Source: an uncultured Candidatus Poseidoniales archaeon
GTDB lineage: Archaea; Thermoplasmatota; Poseidoniia; Poseidoniales; Thalassarchaeaceae
Direction: 5' to 3'
Assembly: GCA_964645485.1 (NCBI GenBank)
Contig: CAZXZO010000015.1
Span: 1 to 29,109 of the forward strand
DNA: 29,109 nt
Below the pieces are notes generated by a model. That model had not been told where the DNA came from. It made no database searches and was given only the letters and a program-made list of their open reading frames with translations. Position numbers and translations under genes: made by a program. Shown here piece after piece: positions 21,190 to 29,109 of this stretch; within the stretch, counting starts at the first letter, position 1; each line of letters begins with the position of its first letter.

Positions 21190-22526
21190 GATGCCACTCT
21201 CACATCTGCGTCATCTATTGCTAATATTTCATCTTCGGCTCGAAAAGCAGTTGAAAATCGGAACCTCATCCATGCAAATAGGCTGAAAATCCCACAGCAT
21301 AAAAATGCTGTATGATAATCAAAAAATCCGGTATTATCTACTGTCGCATCCCAAACGAAACCGCCAATCATAACTCCAGCAAAAGAGGATAGTGCTCGAA
21401 GTGACTCGCTCACCCCCATCACCATCCCGCGTTCGTCTGAGCCCGAAGCATGGGTCAACAATGTCATGTTTGAAGGGGCAACAAGACCATTCCCAAATGC
21501 AATTAAAGTCATCACAGGGAATAGCCCTAACAATCCTAAATGGGGAGGTACATAGGGAATAGTTGCCAAACCCAAGCCACAAATCAGATATCCATTTGCC
21601 ATCAATGATGAAGAACCAAATCTATCTGATAATGGACCAATTAAGCGGCCCTGAGTGATTATTCCAACAACTCCTACAAAAGCGAAAAGCCAGCCATTGT
21701 CTTTCTCTGAAAAACCAAAGCCACCTTCTGACACCGCCATCATTGTGAATAAAATGAGTACGACATGCATGATGGTGAAGCCAATCCAGAAGAACAGCAT
21801 TGAGAAGAGTAGAGGGGAAAGTTTTGGTCTTTTGTACATTTTTCCAATGTTCATAATATTGGTTTTGAGTGTTTGAATTGGGGATCGGTTCTCAACAGTC
21901 TTACGAGTGGATTTTGGTAAACTTTCTTCGAGTTTAGTTGTGGCGAGGAGAAATCCTACTGTGGACAAAAGTGTTGATGCTAGACAAGGAAGTAAATATG
22001 GATAGGTCTCAAAAATTGTACCAACAAATGCAGAGGTCCAAGTCCAATCGGCAGGAGCCGACAGAACGCCTCCAATCGCTGGACCGATTGAAAATCCAAC
22101 ACCGAAAGCAGCCCCCAAAATTCCTTGGCGCCTAGCAACTTCATGCGGTTCTGAAATATCACCGATATAAGCCCGAGTCACTGAAATGTTGGCATTGACA
22201 ATGCCTGCAAAAAGACGTGCGAACAAAGCCATCCAAAGTGAATTTGCTAGGCCAAACACAAGAAATGCAATTGAGTTTCCTACTAATCCAATCATCAACA
22301 CTGGGCGCCTACCAATTCGGTCCGAAAGGGACCCCCAAAATGGGCTAAAAATGAACATGGCTCCAGCGTATGCTGCCATCAAAGCGGCAACCCAGCGCCC
22401 AATTGGTTGACCAGGCTCTGCTAAACCTGCTACCATATAGGTAAGAAATGGAATGATGATTCCAAAACCAATCATGTCTACTAGAACAACCAAAAATAGA
22501 ATTGACATTGAAGATTTTTGTGTCAC
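21186..22526 (-). CDS. MFS transporter, TetA/DHA1-like
   Basis: VDMIGFGIIIP, motif A GSLSDRIGRRPVL, AYIGD and GF.IGP.IGG, a second-half LSDRFG, and about 12 TM segments. I place the start at GTG 22526, 8 nt after GGAGG; the ORF track uses TTG 22586. Confidence 0.9.
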   Translation of the reverse strand: MTQKSSMSILFLVVLVDMIGFGIIIPFLTYMVAGLAEPGQPIGRWVAALMAAYAGAMFIFSPFWGSLSDRIGRRPVLMIGLVGNSIAFLVFGLANSLWMALFARLFAGIVNANISVTRAYIGDISEPHEVARRQGILGAAFGVGFSIGPAIGGVLSAPADWTWTSAFVGTIFETYPYLLPCLASTLLSTVGFLLATTKLEESLPKSTRKTVENRSPIQTLKTNIMNIGKMYKRPKLSPLLFSMLFFWIGFTIMHVVLILFTMMAVSEGGFGFSEKDNGWLFAFVGVVGIITQGRLIGPLSDRFGSSSLMANGYLICGLGLATIPYVPPHLGLLGLFPVMTLIAFGNGLVAPSNMTLLTHASGSDERGMVMGVSESLRALSSFAGVMIGGFVWDATVDNTGFFDYHTAFLCCGIFSLFAWMRFRFSTAFRAEDEILAIDDADVRVAS

Positions 22527-22657
22527 TCTAACCGCCTCCTTCGCAAGTCGGCGAAGTTTTCGGGTTCTATTCCTTTCCCAGAACAAGTTGTAAGAATCAC
22601 ATCATCTAGGGTGAATCAACAATCGTGAACAATGGTTCTCAGAACTTCGATGGCGAG

Positions 22658-23188
22658 TTACTGCCTCTCGCGATAATGAATGAGAATGGACTCACCATCA
22701 GAAAATACGTGGTCTCCCCAATCCTCACTAACAACCCCATCAACCGTCATTACCAACTCGTGGGTCTCATTCACTTGATAAGGTCCGAACTGAGTTTCAT
22801 CGAATAAAATACCCCATATCTCAGTGAAAATTCCTAGAGTGACGTTGGCTGGTTCATGTGTTTCAACATGGATTTTCCCGGAATCGTCGTGCGTATGAGC
22901 AACGTGCATTGCAGAAGGGCAAGTTTCTGTGTCTATCCCAACATCTGCTGCTACCGAGTAAGTGGTATTTTCAATTTGGATAGAAAGTGAAGGGTGAATG
23001 TGCATCGCTAAATTCGAATGACCGTTCAAACACTCAGTTGCAAGGAATGGTTCTGGTAACTCTGATTGTTCTACAGGTGGTTCAACATCCTCTTCTGGTT
23101 CAATTGTATCGTTAACTGCTATGCTGTCAAGACAACCGGGGAATGAGCTGAATAGCAGAAGGATTACCACTAACACCAAACTTCTCAT
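22658..23188 (-). CDS. Putative lipoprotein with His-rich motifs, function unknown
   Basis: A signal peptide ends in a lipobox-like FPGC, followed by an acidic Pro linker, then MHIHP and HVAHTHDDSGKIHVETH. Confidence 0.7.
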   Translation of the reverse strand: MRSLVLVVILLLFSSFPGCLDSIAVNDTIEPEEDVEPPVEQSELPEPFLATECLNGHSNLAMHIHPSLSIQIENTTYSVAADVGIDTETCPSAMHVAHTHDDSGKIHVETHEPANVTLGIFTEIWGILFDETQFGPYQVNETHELVMTVDGVVSEDWGDHVFSDGESILIHYRERQ

Positions 23189-23333
23189 GGCTCTGTGTGT
23201 TACTGAATATGGGATTAAAGTTTTGGCTAATTTTCCATCAGCATTAATGCTTATACTCGAGAATTAAAAACCTAGAGATTGGTCATTTCACCAAACATGA
23301 AATTGGTTCGAGATACATGATAACTTATGCTTG

Positions 23334-25424
23334 TCAGGCTGTACTAGGACTTCCTTGATCCGTGGTCAAACGGTCAACAATCTTGCCAAGCCTCTCTACC
23401 AAACTTGTGCGGGCGTCACCGTCAACCAAAGCGTGTTCGAGAACTTCATCGAGTGTATCAACAGGAATTACAGTAATCATATCCTTGAATTCATCATCAA
23501 TTAACACATCATTCATGTTTGCGCGTGGGATGATAACTCGCGAGATTCCTGACTTGGCTGCTGCTTCAATCTTGGCTGTAACACCGCCAATCGGAAGTAC
23601 TTCCCCGCGCACCGAGAGTGAACCAGTCATTGCTAAATCTTGACCGATTGGAATCTCCTCAAGCGCTGAGATAACCGCTGCTGCAATAGTGATACTTGCG
23701 GAATCTCCGTCAACCCCATGAGTATCAACGAATTGAATGTGAATGTCGAAATCTGCAACATCTTTGCCGGTTAATTTCTTGATAACTGCGCTAACATTGG
23801 TAACAGACTCCTTTGCCAAATCTGACAATCCGCCAGTTGCAAAAATCGAGCCACCTTTCTTTTGTGAAGGCGTTACTAATGCTTCCACTGGTAACATGAT
23901 TCCACTGAAATCAGAAAGACCGGTGTTGGCTCCAAGAACTGCCAAGCCATTTACTCTGCCAACTCTTTCGCCACTGTTTACAATCATTGAGTAATCCATT
24001 CTCCGCTCAATCATTCTGTCAGCAACTTGTTGCTCAAGAGGCTTGGCAATATCCCGCGCACGTAGAACGTGCTGTGCCGAAGCAAATTCTGAACCATCAG
24101 CACAAGCAAGGTCACCAGCAACTCGAACCAATCCACCAAGTTCACGTAGGCGAAGAGTTAGTTTGCCCCGTCTGCCCGCTCTCCTTTGAGATTCTCTCAA
24201 CAATACAGCAATCGAACTTCGGTCAAAATGTGGAATCGGAACTCCGCTCTTTTTACTCATCTCATTAGCAACTTCTTGAGCGATGAAGCGAATTACACGT
24301 CGGCGGTTACGTGCTGTATCTGGCATCTCAGAATTGACAAACACTTCGTAACCATAACCACGAATCCTGCTGCGTAGAGCCGGATGCATCCCTTGTAATG
24401 CATCTAAATTACCTGCTGCAACCAAAATGAAGTCGCATGGAACTGGCTCAGTTGTAGTCAATGCACCACTTGAACGCTCAGAGCGGCCAGATATAGGAAG
24501 TTGCTTCTCCTGCAATGCGGTGAGCAAGGCCTGTTGTTCTTCTAGGCGAAGTAGGTTGATTTCGTCAATAAATAAGACTCCACCATGAGCCTTGTGAATT
24601 GCTCCAGCCTCTACTCTGTCATGGGCAGGTGTTTCCATTCCACCCGATTGAAATGGGTCGTGGCGAACATCGCCGAGTAAACTTCCTGCTAAATTGCCGG
24701 TAGCATCAACAAAGGGAGGTAAATCATCACGTTCGTGCTTAACAAGAAGTTTTGGAATACGTGAGTCATCACCTGCTGTGAGTCGACTACGCAAGAACAT
24801 GAATCCAAAGCCAAGTATCAACAATCCAAATAAAAGCGTAAGGATATCTCCTGTCATTATCGTCATCCATACTAAAATCGCGGCGATAAATCCGGTAATG
24901 AATAACAAAGTCTTGTTGGTCTTTTCCCTGGCCATTCGAAGTTGTGCCCTTCTCTCCTTGACAATTCTGTCACCTCTACCTGCAGGCACCGTTCGAACCC
25001 GCGGCACATTTTCGTCCTCTTCATTTGGATAACATAAGGTGTCCTCCAAAGTGTCATCAGGCATTAATTCAGTCATTGCTCTAGCAAGCATTGACTTCCC
25101 GGTTCCCGGGTCGCCAATCATCATCATGTGACGACGTTGTTCAGCGGCTTTCTTGATTACAATGTTAGCAGATTCTTGACCAATCACTCTGTCAACTAAT
25201 TTTTCTGGAATCGGTACATCAGCAGTTGTCTCAATGTCAACTGTTTGAATCCATTCATCAACTGGCATTGTCTCAATCTTGTCGACCTCAGAAATTTTGA
25301 TGTCTCCGAATTCTTCATCTGATTCCCAATCCTCAGGAAGCGGGGCATCTGCAACATTTATTGTTGGAATTTCAGTGTCTTCACTGACTTCATCTGCAAC
25401 GATTTCATCAACCTCATCAGACAC
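23334..25424 (-). CDS. lonB: ATP-dependent protease LonB (archaeal, membrane-anchored)
   Basis: VIGQE, Walker A GDPGTGKS, a two-TM insertion in the AAA+ domain, HDPFQSGG, Walker B LFIDE, sensor/Arg finger ALRSR, and the Ser-Lys dyad DGDSAS / IGGVTAK. I place the start at GTG 25424, 5 nt after GGAGGTG; the ORF track uses TTG 25460. Confidence 0.96.
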   Translation of the reverse strand: MSDEVDEIVADEVSEDTEIPTINVADAPLPEDWESDEEFGDIKISEVDKIETMPVDEWIQTVDIETTADVPIPEKLVDRVIGQESANIVIKKAAEQRRHMMMIGDPGTGKSMLARAMTELMPDDTLEDTLCYPNEEDENVPRVRTVPAGRGDRIVKERRAQLRMAREKTNKTLLFITGFIAAILVWMTIMTGDILTLLFGLLILGFGFMFLRSRLTAGDDSRIPKLLVKHERDDLPPFVDATGNLAGSLLGDVRHDPFQSGGMETPAHDRVEAGAIHKAHGGVLFIDEINLLRLEEQQALLTALQEKQLPISGRSERSSGALTTTEPVPCDFILVAAGNLDALQGMHPALRSRIRGYGYEVFVNSEMPDTARNRRRVIRFIAQEVANEMSKKSGVPIPHFDRSSIAVLLRESQRRAGRRGKLTLRLRELGGLVRVAGDLACADGSEFASAQHVLRARDIAKPLEQQVADRMIERRMDYSMIVNSGERVGRVNGLAVLGANTGLSDFSGIMLPVEALVTPSQKKGGSIFATGGLSDLAKESVTNVSAVIKKLTGKDVADFDIHIQFVDTHGVDGDSASITIAAAVISALEEIPIGQDLAMTGSLSVRGEVLPIGGVTAKIEAAAKSGISRVIIPRANMNDVLIDDEFKDMITVIPVDTLDEVLEHALVDGDARTSLVERLGKIVDRLTTDQGSPSTA

Positions 25425-25429
25425 TGTCA

Positions 25430-25436
25430 CACCTCC
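25430..25436 (-). promoter_or_regulatory. Shine-Dalgarno site for lonB
   Basis: GGAGGTG on the minus strand, 5 nt before the in-frame GTG at 25424. Confidence 0.7.
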
Positions 25437-25615
25437 TGTTGATGTTTGCTTCTCCCCCAACCATCATTAAACTGCGCCCTCAGAATAATAGTACGCCCAT
25501 AGGGCGTTATCAGCACCTCACATCAATTTCGTAAGGTTTTCAGTAATTTATTGCTAATTATACCAATCAAAGCATTGACTTTGGATGACCGGCCGGCCAA
25601 TCCTGAGGGAGAAAG

Positions 25616-26407
25616 GTGGAAGGTCGGGTGTTGGCACTTCGCGAAGACAGTGGCAAAGTTCATCTCATAAAAATTGAAGACCGTGAAATAAAGGTTCGAG
25701 GTATGGGAAGACTCAACCCCTCACGAGACCTAAAAGATGCTCAATATGGTGATAAAATAACACTTGGACAAAAGGACTTTTTGGTCCTCAAACCTCGCTT
25801 GAGAGAAATGACGGAAGGCATGCACAGACGGGCTCAAATAATTACTCCGAAAGATGCTTCTTTACTCACATCCATGTTGGGAATAACCTCTGGTGACCGA
25901 GTCTTAGAACTTGGTTTTGGTTCTGCAGGATTGACCTTACACTTGGCAAATATTGTTGGAAAAAATGGCTTAGTAACCACGGTAGAACTTCGTGAAGAAC
26001 ACGCCAAAGTTGGTCTAGAAAATATATCCTTAGCAACTGCAAGTTGGGAAGGCTTTCCAGAGTTTCATCTCGTTGAGGGAGATGCCTATGATTCTGCAAC
26101 TGCGGAGGCAGTGAAGTCTACATCAAATCTTTTTGATGCGATCACAATTGATTTGCCAGAGCCATGGCGCGCAATTCCTTATTTCGCGCCTTTGTTGGCA
26201 GTTGGTGGGAGATTGTCCTGTTATTGTCCCGTAACCAGTCAATTAGAATCATGTTGGAATGCAGCCGAAGAAGCCGGCTTGGAAGTTGAATGGGCGGGTG
26301 AGAGAATTGACCGTATCTGGACTAAAGCATCCAAAGGCGGGGTTCGCCCCGGCAACAATCCGATGGGACACACTGCTTTCGTTTTGGTTGCAATGAGAAC
26401 AAATTGA
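25616..26407 (+). CDS. trmI: tRNA (adenine-N1)-methyltransferase, TrmI/GCD14 family
   Basis: RRAQIITPKD, GDRVLELGFGS (SAM-binding motif I variant), VE.REEH, DLPEPW and GHTAF. GTG start. Confidence 0.88.
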   Translation: MEGRVLALREDSGKVHLIKIEDREIKVRGMGRLNPSRDLKDAQYGDKITLGQKDFLVLKPRLREMTEGMHRRAQIITPKDASLLTSMLGITSGDRVLELGFGSAGLTLHLANIVGKNGLVTTVELREEHAKVGLENISLATASWEGFPEFHLVEGDAYDSATAEAVKSTSNLFDAITIDLPEPWRAIPYFAPLLAVGGRLSCYCPVTSQLESCWNAAEEAGLEVEWAGERIDRIWTKASKGGVRPGNNPMGHTAFVLVAMRTN

Positions 26408-26434
26408 TTACAAAAAATCTCAGCAAGATGAGAT

Positions 26435-29109
26435 TTATTTGACTACTCTAACGGATTCTTGGCATTTTGGACAAGTGAACTTGAATGGTGGTTGCCGTCC
26501 TGCAGGCATCTTGAGTGATGATGAACAACCTGGACAGTTAACCCGACCATCAACCATTTTCGCACCACCTTCATCTGCATCTTCAGCACTTGCAGTTCCA
26601 CTGGCCACAGGCATTGGAGGAGGTGGCAAATCTCCATCTATGGGAAGACCTGGCAAGCCGCCTGTTGTTTCATCTGTCTCAAAAAAAGTTGAGCGGATGT
26701 GGTCCCGCTTCGATTTACGGCGCTTCAAAATTGCTAACATCACAAATAGGCTCGCAAGCAACCATCCAACAGCCATCACCGTAATCGAGTTCTGATTATC
26801 TAATTCAAATAATCCAAATGAGACTCCATCGGGGGCAGGGGTTGGACCTATGACATTCAAAGTGAATGGGTCTGACAGTAACTGATGACCTGAACCTGCA
26901 GCCTGAATTCGCATGCTTAATTCTCCGCCACTTGTTGTATACAGGGATGTCAACATCAAATCATAAGATGCCACTTCACCGGGCCCGAGGTTGTAATTTG
27001 GATTCGATGAACCACCAATGGCTGTCCACCCTGGAGACAAGTCGGCTGCTCCTTCACCAACAAGTGAAAGAGTCCCAGACAATTGCTCATTTCCGTCATT
27101 CCTTAGACTAACTGTAAGAACCAAACTTCCTTGGTAAGGCAGGACATTTTGTTCACTTCCTGAAACCGTTACACTGAGCCTTGGTTGGCCGTTCACATGG
27201 TCAACAGGGATGGTTACATTGACGGCTGAAGTTGCACTAATTGACGTGTCTGCAAGAGATGTCACAGTGGCTGTCAGTGAGAGGACACCGGCTGGTGTAC
27301 CTTGAGATACTAAACACTCGAGTAATACTGGTACTGCTGAGGAGGATGGCGCCAAAGTTATTGTAGATTGGAGGCCACTACAATCTAGGCCAGTAGTTGC
27401 TAGTTGGAATGTTTGATTGGCATTACCGGTGTTGGTCAACCAGAGATAGGCTTGGACCATTTCACCAATTGTGGCAGTAAAATCTGTCTCTGCAAAAGTT
27501 GCAGTCACTCCAAGAACAACGTCGGTTACAGTGTATGAATATGAGTCAGTTACTGAGTCGTCATTAGATGATGTCGCAACTAGTGCTAGGCTGGCTTCAC
27601 CGACTGCAGTTGTTCGGCGCATGGAAACTGTAACGATGTCTTGCTCGCCTGCATCAAGGGTGAGTAAAAGCGGGGTTATAGTCACCTCAAAACCATCTGT
27701 TGATGGAGATAAAGAGAATGAAAACTGGTCCTGCTGGTTTCCATCATTCAGAATGACAAATTGCATTGAACTGATAGTGGAATCTCCTACAGGTAATGAA
27801 TCACCAGAAGATAAAATTTTGACACTCGGAGAATGACCTACTTCAATAGAAAATGTTGTCTGTGCGATGATATCTGAACCATTCACACTCTTAGCAAACA
27901 GAGTAATTTGGTGAACTGTTGCAACAGCTGATGAAGTAGCAGAGACATTGAATGGAATCATTAGAGATTGGCCCACATCTACACTACTTACTGTTGGTAC
28001 ATCTGAAAACGACAGTGAATTAGGAAGTCCGCTCCAATCAAAATTGAAGGAGAGGTCGTTTGTACCACTATTTGTAGCCTGTATCGAAAAGCCACTGAAG
28101 TCACCTGCAGAAACGAAGACATTGCCTCCTTGAGGTGCTACCAAGTCTAGTTCGACTCGTGGTTGAATGTTGATTACTATATTCTCAACTTCAATTTCTC
28201 CACCATGTAATCCAGTTGCTGTTAGGGTTAAATTTTGCAAGCCCACAAGTGATGTTTCTGCTGACACATCGATTTGGAAGGAGATGACATCAGATAATCC
28301 TCTTTCCACCGATACCCAGGTTGGAGGTCCAGTAGCACTAACCCCTTCAGGGCCACTCAAGTCAAAACGTACTTCGTCAATTTCAGAACCAATATTACGC
28401 ACACCAACTTGGATTGTCTTACTCACTCCAGGTGCGATGGATGTTCCATTTGGTGGTGTGATTTCCCAACCCCAACTTACACCAACTGTAATTGTGTACG
28501 ACGATTCATGGGTTACCCCGGTTGAATTCTCAGTCGCAAAAATTGTGAGTGTACAAGTGTCATTCCAATGGGTAGTAGCATCAGGAGTAATATTGACACT
28601 GATGAATTCGCTCGCCAAGGGTGCTAATTCTCCACCAACAGTTGAAGCAATATCTGCACTACAAGTTGAATCAGATGCTGTTTGATAAACCAATGTTGTT
28701 GCATCGTTGCCATTATTTGAAACTTCAAATGATACCACTTCGGTTACACCAGGCAAATATGTTCTATTAGCATCATCAATCATGCTAACGACAACCTCAC
28801 TTATCGTTGATACCTCAATAACAATGACTGATTGAATGCTGAAGTTACCACCCACCGAGCCTGCAAATAGGGCAACCCCTAGGTATTGTGGTGTTGCATC
28901 AGATGGAACTGCCACTCTCAGCGTATGATTCCTAGACTCCCCCGGAGTCATATTTACTGCAACAGGGTCAAGCCATCTAATTTCCCAATCAGGGGGTAAA
29001 TCTCTGGCTGGGCCCCTCATTGATGTTCCATTTCCAGTTCCGTTGTTGCCACCGGTTCCGTTTCCAGTTCCGTTGTTGCCCCCAGTTCCATTTCCAGTTC
29101 CGTTGTTGC
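26435..29109 (-). CDS. Large surface protein, 5'-truncated by the window edge: G/N/T repeat, at least six NEW3/CARDB-like Ig modules, TM helix, Pro-rich tail and C-terminal zinc ribbon
   Basis: The frame stays open upstream of ATG 29020 to the window end (…GNNGTGNGTS-MRGP), so 29020 is probably not the start. Recurrent pG....f.v.N.Gn..d modules, a TM (ITVMAVGWLLASLFVMLAIL) and CPGC-x17-CPKC at the end. Confidence 0.85.
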   Translation of the reverse strand, partial: NNGTGNGTGGNNGTGNGTGGNNGTGNGTSMRGPARDLPPDWEIRWLDPVAVNMTPGESRNHTLRVAVPSDATPQYLGVALFAGSVGGNFSIQSVIVIEVSTISEVVVSMIDDANRTYLPGVTEVVSFEVSNNGNDATTLVYQTASDSTCSADIASTVGGELAPLASEFISVNITPDATTHWNDTCTLTIFATENSTGVTHESSYTITVGVSWGWEITPPNGTSIAPGVSKTIQVGVRNIGSEIDEVRFDLSGPEGVSATGPPTWVSVERGLSDVISFQIDVSAETSLVGLQNLTLTATGLHGGEIEVENIVINIQPRVELDLVAPQGGNVFVSAGDFSGFSIQATNSGTNDLSFNFDWSGLPNSLSFSDVPTVSSVDVGQSLMIPFNVSATSSAVATVHQITLFAKSVNGSDIIAQTTFSIEVGHSPSVKILSSGDSLPVGDSTISSMQFVILNDGNQQDQFSFSLSPSTDGFEVTITPLLLTLDAGEQDIVTVSMRRTTAVGEASLALVATSSNDDSVTDSYSYTVTDVVLGVTATFAETDFTATIGEMVQAYLWLTNTGNANQTFQLATTGLDCSGLQSTITLAPSSSAVPVLLECLVSQGTPAGVLSLTATVTSLADTSISATSAVNVTIPVDHVNGQPRLSVTVSGSEQNVLPYQGSLVLTVSLRNDGNEQLSGTLSLVGEGAADLSPGWTAIGGSSNPNYNLGPGEVASYDLMLTSLYTTSGGELSMRIQAAGSGHQLLSDPFTLNVIGPTPAPDGVSFGLFELDNQNSITVMAVGWLLASLFVMLAILKRRKSKRDHIRSTFFETDETTGGLPGLPIDGDLPPPPMPVASGTASAEDADEGGAKMVDGRVNCPGCSSSLKMPAGRQPPFKFTCPKCQESVRVVK
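29025..29109 (-). repeat. 30-bp coding tandem repeat encoding (GNNGTGNGTG)n, about 2.8 copies visible and truncated by the window
   Basis: The + strand has period 30 (…TTTCCAGTTCCGTTGTTGCC recurs at 29031, 29061 and 29091). Differences between full copies are synonymous. Confidence 0.95.

Noticed and set aside
23285-23303. ATTTCA-N7-TGAAAT inverted repeat downstream of lonB, and similar 4-6 bp hairpins at 10387-10403 and 20364-20382
   Set aside because: The stems are short and AT-rich or have long loops, within chance expectation; they are not supportable as terminators.
25880-25940. TrmI motif I variant ELGFGSAG versus the usual EAGTGSG
   Set aside because: The acidic residue and GxG core are kept and all other TrmI motifs are present, so this is ordinary divergence.
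29025-29109. 30-bp repeat considered as a CRISPR array
   Set aside because: Copies are contiguous without unique spacers, in frame with a CDS, and vary only synonymously.

Overview
A gene-dense archaeal chromosomal segment with 16 complete CDS, one CDS running off the right edge and one tRNA-Ser(GCT). The likely source is a marine Thermoplasmatota lineage such as Marine Group II/Poseidoniales; this is inferred from a membrane-type LonB, GGAGGTGA Shine-Dalgarno sites, an archaeal-style tRNA, a bacterial-type gyrase and several very large C-terminally anchored surface proteins. Housekeeping genes are a tmk-like kinase, aroD, gyrB-gyrA, tRNA-Ser, lonB and trmI. They are interleaved with surface and peptide-processing genes: a type II glutaminyl cyclase, a PKD-domain zinc metallopeptidase, an RCC1-propeller surface protein, an isoaspartyl peptidase coupled to an MFS transporter, a His-rich lipoprotein and an Ig-repeat/zinc-ribbon protein. 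I found no CRISPR array, transposase, integrase or rRNA. The main leads are: (1) an Smr nuclease domain tethered by four membrane helices; (2) a perfect 25-bp palindrome between the gyrB TATA box and start codon, with a degenerate GyrA-box in gyrA; (3) a thymidylate-kinase-like protein with altered motifs fused to a 240-aa unknown domain; and (4) a 30-bp coding repeat built almost entirely of N-glycosylation sequons. All functional calls come from motif recognition by eye; no searches were run. Several start codons were moved from the ORF track using SD sites and domain boundaries.
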